This document shows, one piece after another, positions 26,686 through 38,312 of a DNA stretch of 64,000 nucleotides; the stretch's first letter is position 1, and each line of letters opens with the position of its first letter. The notes beneath the pieces are model-generated. The model ran no database searches. It worked only from the letters and a program-made list of their open reading frames with translations, and was not told the origin of the DNA. The stretch is from Mustelus asterias. Lineage: Eukaryota. The stretch is taken from NCBI RefSeq assembly GCF_964213995.1, contig NW_027590175.1, positions 744,001 to 808,000 of the forward strand, read 5' to 3'. The translations under genes and the position numbers were made by a program.

Positions 26686-27360
26686 AGGAATGTAAGAACT
26701 AGGAGCTGAAGTAGGCCAACTGGCACCTCGATCCTGTTCCACCATTGAATAAGATCATGGCCTACCTTTTTGTGGACTCGGCTCCACTTATCAGCCTGCA
26801 CACCATAACCCTTAATTACTTTACTGTTCAGAAATGTATTTTTCCTTGCCTTAAAAACATTCAATGAGGTAGCCTCCACTGCTTCACTGGGCAGGGAATT
26901 CCACAGATTCACAATCCTTTGTGTGAATAATTTCCTCCTCAACTGAGTGCTAAATCTTCTCCTCCTTATTTTGAGGCTATGCCCCCTAGTTCTGGTTTCA
27001 CCTGCCAGTGGAAACAACTTCCCCACTTCTATCTTATTAATTCCCTTCCTAATCTTATATGCTTCTATAAGATTCTCCCGACACTCTTCTGAATTCCAAT
27101 GACTATATGTTCAAAATCTCTGAATTTCTTCATTTCCAGTTATTACATCCCCCTTGTTATCCTCTAAAGGACCAATGTTTACTTTAGCCACTCTTTCTTT
27201 TTGCTTTATATATTTGTAGAAACATTTGATATCTGTTTTTATATTCTAAGCTAGTTTACTTTCATCATCCATCTTACTTTTCCTTATAGCTTTCTTCGTG
27301 GCTTTCTGTTGACCTTTAAAGATTTCCAAATGCTCTATTTTCCCACTAATCTTTGCCACT
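26686..27360 (-). mobile_element. CR1 LINE fragment with internal deletion
   Basis: GETRTRGHSLKI...VNLWNSLP; flanked by ttgtatctt repeats. Confidence 0.88.
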
Positions 27361-27369
27361 TTGTATCTT

Positions 27370-30300
27370 GTGTAATGAATGTTCAAAAAGTTTCTATTAA
27401 TTTTGAATCAACTGTTAATATTCTTAAAATAAACGCTATTTTGATTTGAAACAGATCAATAAGTGACGGTTTATGGTTTTGCTGCCATGAACATTTCATT
27501 GTAAACAGTGAGGTGTTTATGTAAATAAATACAGAAATAGAAATCCCAGATTAGATTGTTGACTGACAAAAACACAACAAATATTTCCCCACCAACACAG
27601 CACAGAAATAGAGACAAACATGCAAATCAATCAACGGATTCCAGTAACGATTGTTTTTCAATATTATTGAAAGCTATGATTTTAAATTACATGAGGAAAA
27701 ACGTCATGATGATATCTATGTCCAGAATTAGGAAAACATCCCTCTGATCCCGAAATATAATGACACGGCAAATGTATTCATTGAAATTTCCTGTTTCATC
27801 TCTCTGTCTTTCTCCTGTCTGTTTCAGTGTCTGATCTCCCCACAATGGTTCGTCACCTTCACTCCACAACATGAAGTCAATGTCTACCCAATGTGTTCTC
27901 TCAGCCAAAGTTATAGACTTCTAAAAGAATTTAATTCAATGAATTGGAATCTGTGAAAGAGCTTGACTCTAAAAGATCTCTTGAGCATTCTTTGATCTTG
28001 GTATATTTGATACATTTTCCTCTGTATCTAACCTCGGCTGTACCTGGTGATAAGGATTCAATGTGGCAGTACCAAAGGATCTGTCCCCATATTTAACCGC
28101 TGCTGTCCCTGTCTTTGGAATATTTACTCTGCATCTAAACTCACTGTACCTTCCTTTTGAATGTTTGATATGACTTTGTCAAGGAAGATTTAATCCGTAT
28201 CTCATCTCTGCTGTACCTGACCTGGGTGTGTTTTATGGCACTGTGTAGACAGCTCTTTTCCTGTACCTAACACTAATTTAAATCTGCCTCCCGAATCTCT
28301 GAAGGAAGAGTGCAGAAGAGGTTTTACGTAGAAGAGAGTTACTGCTCTTTCTGCCTTCATTTTGTTTGAGCAGACTTTGTAGAGGGAGTTTCACTCTCTT
28401 TCTAGACAGTATACTGTTCTGGGAATGTTTGATTTGGATAGTATAGAGCGAGATTCACTTTGTATGTAACTCATGCTATTCCTGCCTTGGGAGGGTTTAA
28501 TATGGCAATGCAGAGGGAACTTTGCATTCTTCAGCTAAAACCACGTTACTCCTGTCCTGTAAGCTTTTGATGGGATAGTCGGCCGTCTCTACAAATTTCA
28601 TGGGGTTGAACCAGTCTCTTTATATTACAGTAAATTTACCCTCTGTCAGCTTATATTATGAAGCCATGCCTTTGTTGATTTTTCACTGGACCCTAACTAT
28701 TTTTATATTGCACGTACAATATTATATTGCCTGTCTCTACTCATATGAAACTGGATGTTGTATCTGTTTATACTAAATTAGACGCTGTTATACGTTATAT
28801 TATACGTTACCATGTTTCTGTTCATATTAAGCGAGACGTTGTCTCTGTTTATATTAATATAGACCTATCTCTATTTGCATTAAACTAGATGCAGTCTTAT
28901 TTCTGCAATTGACCCTGTCCACGTTTATATTGTATTGGACATGGTCTCAGTTTTTAACTGCACTGGGCAATGCCAGTAATGAGGGAAGTGGTTGGGGGAA
29001 TACAATTCTCTGCAAACTTTATGAGTTTTTGGGCACGGGAAAAGAAGAAGCGATATCTGAAATGTACTTCTGCTGACTGCATTGAAAATGGATACCAAGC
29101 CCGGTGTAGCATGCGTTGTCAATAAAGAACAAAAAAACAAAGAAAATCACCGCACAGGGAAAGGCCTATCGGCCCTCCAAGACTGCACCAACCAAATGCT
29201 GTCGATCCAATACTGCCCGTTTCTGGATCCTGCCTGATAACAATGTTTTTATCCCAACATATTATCTCTTCTTCTCGCAGAACCATGTAGTAATACAGAC
29301 ATAATTCAAACAGCTATAGTTAAGTGCAGGAATAACACTGACACAGTCGAGTGAAATGTATACAGGGTCGGTATCAAATATTACGTATCCAGAGAGAATG
29401 TCTCGTGCAATATAAACTGAATTTCGATCTAGCAGAGTATTAACAGAACCAGACTGTGTTTTAATATAAACAGGGGCCAGATCCAACAAAATAGAAATGA
29501 GTTAGTGCCGAGTGCCATGTGGGGATGGTCAAATGCCAAATTCCAATGACAGCCACATCGCATGAAAGAAACATTTTAAAAAATGACATTGCCAAGGAAA
29601 AGAAAACTGAGACAGTGTCTAGCGCAGTTTTACTGATATAGGAGCTGATGCGACATGAACTGAGACAGCGCCGAGTAATTAATGATACTGGACCGAGATT
29701 TATATGAACTGCGATGGAGCCAAGTGCATTAGTAATAATTTATGATACAGGACTGAGACAGGTTTAAACTGAAACAAAGTCCAGTGTGTTAGTGATAATT
29801 ACTGATATAGTACCTTGACTGATATAAACTTAGACAGAGCCCACTTCATTCGTAGTAGTTGTTGATAAAGGAACTAGACTGATGCACACTGAGATTCGGA
29901 CAATGCAGCAATTAGGAGGTATTGCAAAGTACAATAAAACTGAGACAAGACATAGTCTTAAATAACCAAATACATGGACTGGTGCAGCATTAACTTAAAA
30001 AGGACTTGGATTATTAAAATCTAATGAACGACTAGCAAAATAACTGTGACAGAACCATGGGTAATGCATGAAGACAGTATTTCCAGTTTAGTACACAGAG
30101 ATAAATGTTCTGAGGCAGTAAGAATTAAGACACGGCCTCTTGTCAGATTAGCAGAGACATGGCTAAGTGCAACCGTAACTTAGAAATTATAATATTAACA
30201 GGGCCTGTACATGAACAGCTGATATTGAGCCGAGTGCAGCAAAAAAACGTAGATAGGACCTCCTGGAATGTGATCCAGGCAGAACCTAGTGTAACCCGGA

Positions 30301-33300
30301 CAGAGTCAGAGGTGAGTTGAATATAAGCAGAGATATGAGATTTTTAACATTACTTCATGGGATTCTGACGTCACTGACAGTCAACATTTGTTGCCAAATC
30401 ATAATTTCCTTTGAGAATATGTTGGCAAGCTTTGGGAAGCTGGTGGGTGGGGTGTTCTTCGAGACAGCTACTTTCTCCAGAATGGCATTGAGCTTTTTGA
30501 GTGGCACAAGTTAGGCAAGTAGAGAATATTCAATCATTTATGTTGGAACAGACTTGGTGGGCAGAAGGGCCTGTTCATGTGCTGTACTGTTCTTTGTTCA
30601 TATTCCTGCCTTTTGCCTGGTAGATGATGGATAGGGTTTGGAAATTCAGGAGGTGAGCTGTTCGCCGAAGAACTCCTGGCATCTGACCTGCTCTTGTAGC
30701 CACATGATTTAAATGCCTGTTCCAGTTCAGATTTTCACGAAGTATAATGCCCAGGATGTTGATAGTGAGGGATTCTGCGCTAGTAATGCTACTTAGTGTC
30801 AAGGGGAGATGGTTGGAATCTCCCTTACTGGAGAGGGTCATTGCCTGCCACTTGTGTGGCATTAATGTTACTTGTCACTCAATAGCCCAAGACTGAATGT
30901 TTTCTAAGTCTTGCTTCATATGGACACAGACTGTGTCAGTACCTGAGGAGTCGGAACTGGTGCTGAACTTTGTTCAATCATCAGTGAACATCCCACATAT
31001 GAACTTTGATGATGGCTGAAGCTTGGGGCTTTGTCACTAACCTGAAGAGTTCCTGCAAAGCCGTGTGACTGAGAGGACTGACCATTAAGAACCACAACCA
31101 TCTTCCTTTGTGTTCCAGCCAGTGGACTGTTTCCCCCTGATTCCCATTAACTGCAGTTTCGCTCGGGCTCCTTGATGCGACAAACGGTCAAATGTTGCGT
31201 CGATGTCAAGGGCACGCAACCTCTCTTCACCTTTTAATTTAAAATTTGTGTCTATATTTGGACTCATTTTAAATCATTTCTGGAATCGAGTGATCCTGGC
31301 GGAACAAAAATTGGGCATCTTGGTTTGCGTGTGTTTTGTGAAATATATCATGTTTGACAGAAATTAATTTCAAAATGATCACTTGCATCCTTCCATTTAC
31401 AATACATCCAATTCAGATTGGCTTCTTTTACATATGTCACCTTTTCTGATGATTGAAGAGGACAATTTTTGAAAGGTGAGTTCTGCCACAAGTGCTGCCC
31501 ATTAAGCTACCATTTGTCATAGTTTGTTATCGTTTTTGTATCATGAATGGATATTTTGGTGTAGAGCCAGTTATCACCAAAATCCTATAGTCCTTGCCGT
31601 GCTGACGGTGTTGAATGTCTTAGCGAGATTGACCAAAGTACGTTAAAGATATGGACATATGGAACATGGAGAAGTTGTTGGCTGGAGTAAATCTTCCAAC
31701 ACAATCACTACACTGCACATCAGGAACACCCGGTCTGCAAGTAGATGATGTATTTCAAGTGTGACCCTAGCAAAGATCTTTCCCGTGATGCCATGACTGA
31801 GATATGTCTGTAGCTGGAGCAGTCTCTTCCATTGGCTTACTTTGCAAAAAGTGTGATGAATTTGAATCATGCATCTCTTGTGGAATGGTGGGTGCCAGGA
31901 TGGCACAGTGGTTAGCTCTGTTGCCTCACAGTGCCAGGGCCACAGGTTTGGTTCCCGGCTTGGGTCGGTGTCTGTGCGGTATCTGCACATTCTTCCCGTG
32001 TATGCGTGGATTTCCTCTGGGTGCTCCTCCCACAGTCCGAAAATGCATGCAGGTAGGGTGCACTGGCCAGGCTAAATTCTCCCTCGGTGTACCCGAACAG
32101 ACGCCGCAACGTGGCGACTCGGGGATTTTCGCAGTAACTTCATTGAAGTGTTAATGTAAGCCTACTTGTGACATTAATAAATAAACGTCAAACCTTAAAT
32201 CTTCCAGCAGATAAGGAGAATGTCATAAATGTTCAGAAGAATAGTAATTATTTTCACCAACGACCATCCATTCACAATTTTTAAAAATGCATTCACCAGT
32301 TCTCATTCATTCATAAAGATTAGTATATTTAACATTCCTTTATGGGAGGTGGGCGACACTTTCTTGGCCAGCATTTGTTCCCCATTGCTAATTGCATTCA
32401 GTAAAGTGGTGGTGACCTGCCTTGTTGAACCGCTGCAAAACCTGCAGAGTAGGTACTCCCATAGTGCTGTTCGGGAGGGTGCTCATGGATTCCGACCCAG
32501 CGACAGTATAGGAATGGTAATATATGTTCAAGTGGGGTTGATGAGTGTCTTGGGGAGGGGGGGGGGCGGTATTTCCAGGCGGGGTTATTCCACTTCATCA
32601 ATTATCATCAAGTCATACAGATAAACAATTATTTCACCAATTATATTCAGCATTTTGATAAAAGCAAACTACTACGGATTCTGGAAACTGAAACAAAAAC
32701 AATAAATTCTGGAAAATCTCAACAGGTCTGACAGCATCTGGGGAGAGAGAATAGAGCCAACATTTTGAGTCAGGATGACCAATTTTTATTTGGAGGAAAT
32801 TGAAGTGGATGATGAAATTGGGAAATGATACGGTTGGATAGGGATTAGGAAGTTTTTTTTAGAATATAGTTAGTGATTGAGGCGTTGATTAGGTTAGTTA
32901 GGATGGAGAAGTTGAATATGATATTTGGGATCGATATCTGAATTGGTGTAACTTGTGTGCGGGTCGACATAGTGTATATCATTAAACAGTAACTACTTAA
33001 ACTATTCCCATCTCACAGGAAAGTGATGCAGCTTCTCTGACACCTTGTTAGAAACAATGATGATCTCTCCAACGCATCAGGAATACTCTGTCGAAGCGCC
33101 ATCCAGACACGAAACGTTGGCTCCATTCTGTCTCCACAGAAGCTGTCAGACCTGCTGCGATTTTCCAGCATTTTCTGTTTGTTTTCAGTATTTCATTCTA
33201 TACAACATACAATTGTAATTTGCTTCGTAGGATGTATTGATATTAACATTTATTGGCATCATGTTGGCCTTTTTGTCACCAAGGAATATAATCTGTCCCA

Positions 33301-36290
33301 GAATTCAGTGGGGAATGAAATTAATTCAGACCGTGCATAATGAACAGCGACCCAGCAGCCTCTGTTCTTCATTGACAAGTAATCACCTCATCATCACACA
33401 GAATGTCCTGATACATAGCTAGAGTGTGTGATGATTTTCAAAGTGATGATATAAATGAAACTACCTGTACCTCATGTGAAGTTACTGAATCTTTAAATCC
33501 CGATTCAGTATTACACTGTTTTGGGAAGTAATGTAACAATTGTTATTGTCCAGTGAGTCTCACAATATTTCTGTTGGTACCTTATTTACTTTTCACCCTG
33601 TTACCTTCACTAATTTAGGTGAGGGCATGTTGAGTGATTTGCTGTACGTCAAAGAACCACATGTTTCAAATATTACAATCCTCCCTCCTCAACCTAATCA
33701 TGTTCACTCTTTTTATCTTGGATATGAAGATTCAGCATCAGCAGAGAAATGAACCATCCGAGCGGCAGGAATATCTCGTCCTTCTCTTCGTGAGGATTAG
33801 CTTGCTAACTCCCGATAAACTCGGGATGGATTTCACCCAGAGACTCTGGAAGAGTTGAAGGTATTAGACTGACACAAATGGAATAAAGGAGCTGATTCAA
33901 TTTATGAAATAATCAAGCACAAATATGGGAATGTAGAACAGCATTTTTCAATGCCATCTCGCAACACATCCATCAATCCATTCACTGATTCCTCAATCAA
34001 AATATTCAGGCATCCAACTGCGATTCATCCAACTATCATTCATTCAACTGTCATTAATTCCTGCATCAAGACAGTCATTCATTTATTGTTTGCGCAGATG
34101 GTGACGTAATATTAATTTAATTGGCCCAGTGACCCAGAGGCCCAGGACAATGATGGGACAGGGACAGGGATTTAAATCGGAGCATTGCAGCTGGTGGAAT
34201 TTGAATTCAATTAATAAATATGGAATACATTCTAATGGCGACCATAGAACCCTCTCTGATCCCCCAATGAGGGAAATCTGCCATCGCTACCTGGACTCAC
34301 AAGAATGTGACTCCAGACGGACACAAAATGGCTGACTCTTCAGAAGTGGCATAGAAAACCATTCAGTTCAAGGGCATTTGGGACAGGCATAATGTGCTCG
34401 TCGTTCCACCAACTCAAACATCTCATGGAACGAGATAGGGAAAGAATACACAAACATACATGTTCATGTATTACAACATGTATCGTCTCCCTGAGTCATC
34501 TCTCAGTCTGCCTGTAATTCTTTCGATCCATCCATGACAATATCCTGATGTGCTGGAAAAATCATCATTGTTGCTAACAGGGTGTCAGAGAAGCTGCATA
34601 AATTGTCTTTCTTGAGAGATGGGTAAAATCCATATAGACTTACAACTTAAAACATTAAATTGCCTCCAGTACTGTTGCTGGGTAGATTTCTTTATAAATA
34701 GGGCTCATTGACAATGTGAAGGGTTTGAAGTTGGCTTGCAGCCAAGCGGTCAGTACTGAGGAAGCAGATCTACTGCACAAACACCCCCAGATGCTTCCTG
34801 TCAATAACTTTGAGCATTTGACAGCAGGCTGGATTGCTGCCAAATACTGTGTGGGACAGATTAGCGTGAACCTGAATGGACAAAATGGGATTCAGCCATT
34901 TGAACAGTAAATAGAACATAGAACATAGAACATAGAACATTACAGCGCAGAACAGGCCCTTCGGCCCACGATGTTGCACCGACCAGTTAAAAAAAAAAAC
35001 TGTGACCCTCCAACCTAAACCAATTTCTTTTCGTCCATGAACCTATCTACGGATCTCTTAAACGCCCCCAAACTAGGCGCATTTACTACTGATGCTGGCA
35101 GGGCATTCCAATCCCTCACCACCCTCTGGGTAAAGAACCTACCCCTGACATCGGTTCTATAACTACCCCCCCTCAATTTAAAGCCATGCCCCCTCGTGCT
35201 GGATTTCTCCATCAGAGGAAAAAGGCTATCACTATCCACCCTATCTAAACCTCTAATCATCTTATATGTTTCAATAAGATCCCCTCTTAGCCGCCGCCTT
35301 TCCAGCGAAAACAATCCCAAATCCCTCAGCCTCTCCTCATAGGATCTCCCCTCCATACCAGGCAACATCCTGGTAAACCTCCTCTGCACCCTCTCCAAAG
35401 CCTCCACATCCTTCCTGTAATGTGGGGACCAGAACTGCACACAGTACTCCAAGTGCGGCCGCACCAGAGTTGTGTACAGTTGCAACATAACGCTACGACT
35501 CCTAAATTCAATCCCCCTACCAATAAACGCCAAGACATTCCTACCAATAAACGCCAAGTCATTCCCACAAGAAAGACACATTTTAAATAGTAATCATTCT
35601 AATCAAATATTTTCATTCAATGTCCGGTTCATTATGTGAGTAAATAGCATCGCAAAACAGTAAAGTGACCAGATGTTTTTTCATTTGTATAACTTCCAAG
35701 TAAATGTCATTCCAATAATTAAAGTCTGTTTATTAACCACTTCATGAAATGCGAGAGAGATGTTGATGGTTCCAATTCCCCAGTCAATTGAGATCAGAGC
35801 AATGGCAAAAATGCATCGAAATAATATTAAAAGAACATCATCAAACTGACATGAACAACAGGGATTCCTGGAATATTCTGAAAGTTTTGCACCCTATTTA
35901 AACAGCAGCGTCTCTTGTACCTGATTTACACCGTGTTCTATTGTACAGTATAATCAGATATCCATTATTGAAGAGTTCCAATCATAGCTGCCAATGAGCG
36001 GAGAAATGATCAGGTCATAACCTGATTCAATGGAAGATAAAACATTTATTCTTGTGATATTGTGCAATGTGCAGCAAAGACCTGATATCTTGTGTTCCCA
36101 ATACCAGAGAATGTTCGACAGCCGGTGGCCAATAGAGTGAGCTGCAATGATTTGGATGCTGAAGGAGAACTTTAATGATCTCCGTGTCCGTTCATTCATT
36201 AACTTCTCTGTCAAAAGTCGATGTTAAATTTATGATTCTCTGTCAACTCACTATTTAATTATCAGGAGGGCGGGATTCTCAGTATTTTCA
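27370..36290 (-). pseudogene. Endogenous rhabdovirus-like L relic, copy 4, head-to-head with the functional VH
   Basis: GYDLIISPLIG (ORF 35954-36214), AFHEVVNK (~35735), FPTEFWDRLYSLV (~33290), DFGDNW (~31570), EKDREMK (27794-27814). Confidence 0.7.
34911..35540 (-). mobile_element. Young CR1 LINE 3' fragment
   Basis: ORF 35015-35581 (VRPHLEYCVQFWSP); (atagaac)n tail; 24-bp duplication at the 5' junction. Confidence 0.92.
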
Positions 36291-36802
36291 AAGGGCTGTC
36301 TTCGAGATTGGGGCAGTTTGACAAATATAAGGAGAAACATTGTATTGTGTGAGAGTTTCTTCTCATCTCCAAACCCAAAATGTCCAGTGATAGCCATCCG
36401 CACTGTAAATAGAATCACTTTGTTCATACTCCGCATTCAGTTACAGAAATCGACAACAATTCTTCTGATAAATGATGCTTTATTTTTGTAATGTGACAGA
36501 GACCCGGAATTGTTGCAACACAGACTGACGGTCTCTTTATTTTCCCAAAATGTTATTTAATCATTTTTAGATTTGTGTTCTTCTTGGGGGCGTGGTAATA
36601 AAAACACCATATTTACAATGGAATTAGATTTTTAAATAAAGAAATGATGAACTGCAATATCACCATCAGCAATTATGGAGACAATACATTGAACATATTC
36701 AGCCAAACAAATATCCCGACGCTGATAAAATGTCCATTTTAATATTAACCTATTGTAAATCTGGGAGTCCATTCTGTTGGGGTGTGGAAGGTGGGACCTG
36801 GA

Positions 36803-36876
36803 TCCAGTCGCCGCCTCCAGCAGGGAATCAACAGGCGGCGCCTGGAAAGCCGCCCCCTTCTGCCGGGTATTTAAAT
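36803..36876 (+). promoter_or_regulatory. VH promoter: 14-bp inverted repeat, GC box, TATA-like TATTTAAAT; no octamer
   Basis: TATTTAAAT at 36868-36876, ~90 nt before the ATG; gccgccccc at 36849-36857. Confidence 0.7.
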
Positions 36877-36966
36877 GCCGCTCACTGGGACCGGAATCCA
36901 ACAGTCCGGGAGCTGGTTTGTTCACTGAGTTCCTGACACAACCATTTCCCCCAAATCACCAGAAAG

Positions 36967-37012
36967 ATGAGGTCGGCGATTTCTCTCAGTTTGTTGTTGA
37001 GTTTCTTATCCG
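36967..37012 (+). CDS. IGHV: IgM VH leader exon (MRSAISLSLLLSFLS-G)
   Basis: ATG, hydrophobic signal peptide, phase-1 donor G|gtaagt. Confidence 0.97.
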
Positions 37013-37136
37013 GTAAGTCGTATTTTTTATTGTCCAATTCCTCATTGTCACTGTATCAAAATGTTAGTCTGTCTCTGGAATGTTCCAGAGTCAGCAATCA
37101 TGTCACCAAAATTAATCCTTTGATCTATTTTTACAG

Positions 37137-37441
37137 GTGTCCAGTCGGAGGTTGTGTTGACTCAGCCAGAGGCAGAGACCGGGCGTCCCGGAGGCTCCCT
37201 GACACTGACCTGTAAAACCAGCGGCTTCGATCTTGGCAGCTACTCCATGCACTGGATCCGACAGGTTCCCGGACAGGGGCTGGAGTGGTTGCTTTACTAC
37301 TACTCTTCATCTAGCAACAACTACGTCCCAGCAATTAAGGATCGATTTAGTGCGTCCAAAGACACTTCAAGCAACATCTTCTCTTTGGAAATGACGAGGC
37401 TGAAGACCGAAGACACCGCCATCTATTACTGTGCAAGAGAC
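37137..37441 (+). CDS. IGHV: IgM VH exon, open frame
   Basis: Acceptor ttacag; [30 protein letters not shown]...[12 protein letters not shown]...[11 protein letters not shown]. Confidence 0.98.
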
Positions 37442-37480
37442 CACAGCGAGAGGAACCAGGGTTGGACCCGGACAAGAACA
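37442..37480 (+). other. VH 3' RSS, 23-bp spacer
   Basis: CACAGCG-23-ACAAGAACA. Confidence 0.95.
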
Positions 37481-37851
37481 GCTCGAGAGGGAATTCAACA
37501 ACTTCCATCATAACCTGAAGGTCAGTGCTTGTTTTAAATGTAGTATTAACGACAGTGACCAGAACCAAAACACAAACTGCTTCTGACAAACCTAACTTAG
37601 TGAAAATTAAACATTAAACCAAGAAAACACACAGACATAACGGGCTGAGCTTTTCACTCTGTTTATATTTAGTGTTAACAGTTTCTGCAATTACACACCT
37701 GGATATAACTCTCGCTTTATTATTTCTGAGACTTGGAGGAGGTGTTTCTAGATTGTGTTTTGTAAACTGCTGCATAAATTGTAAATTACATCGAAATAAT
37801 GGTCTATTTGAAGTACATATTGAGCGGCAGTACTGAACAGAGAGTGAGTGC

Positions 37852-37934
37852 AGTTTTTGTGCGAGTGTCTGTCACTGTGATACAGCAGTGGGGGGTCACA
37901 GTGCTGAGCACAGCGACATCCTCATACAAAAACC
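37852..37934 (+). other. D1 segment (37880-37896, ATACAGCAGTGGGGGGT) flanked by 12-RSS and 22-RSS
   Basis: AGTTTTTGT-12-CACTGTG | D1 | CACAGTG-22-ACAAAAACC, the typical shark 12/22 D1; all three frames open. Confidence 0.97.
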
Positions 37935-38234
37935 TCATGGAAAGAGATTGCTCAAATTGGTAATCAGTATCACGGCAGGATTTTCAAAGTAAACGCGGCT
38001 TCAGTGAAATAATGTGTGGAAGTAATATTAGTTTGTGAAAAGGTATAAAAATCTTCCCATAAAATCTATATTTACCGATATGCTAAATCTACACAGAGAG
38101 TTTAAAAGCATTCCGATCCCCTTTATAAATACAATGACCAGGACAAGCTGAAATATCTCACTCATTCGCTCGTGGATGAGGCAGAATCAGATTTTTGAGA
38201 CAGCAGTGAAATTAAACAGTTAGCAGTCGGGCAC

Positions 38235-38312
38235 AGTATTTGTCATGCTGTGTCTCACTGTGATAACTGGGGGGCTACTGGGGACAAGGGACCATGGTGA
38301 CGGTGACTGCAG
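38235..38312 (+). other. IGHJ: 12-RSS followed by pre-joined D2-JH (38263-38312)
   Basis: AGTATTTGT-12-CACTGTG, then ATAACTGGGGGG-CTACTGGGGACAAGGGACCATGGTGACGGTGACTGCAG|gtaag (YWGQGTMVTVTA); no intervening RSSs. Confidence 0.93.

Noticed and set aside
32790-33000. Possible mitochondrial (ND5-like) insertion
   Set aside because: Only compositional similarity; no convincing frame, and it lies inside a Penelope-like element
38232-38238. CACAGTA heptamer-like sequence before D2-J, suggesting an extra D
   Set aside because: Overlaps the real nonamer and has no nonamer at 12 or 23 nt
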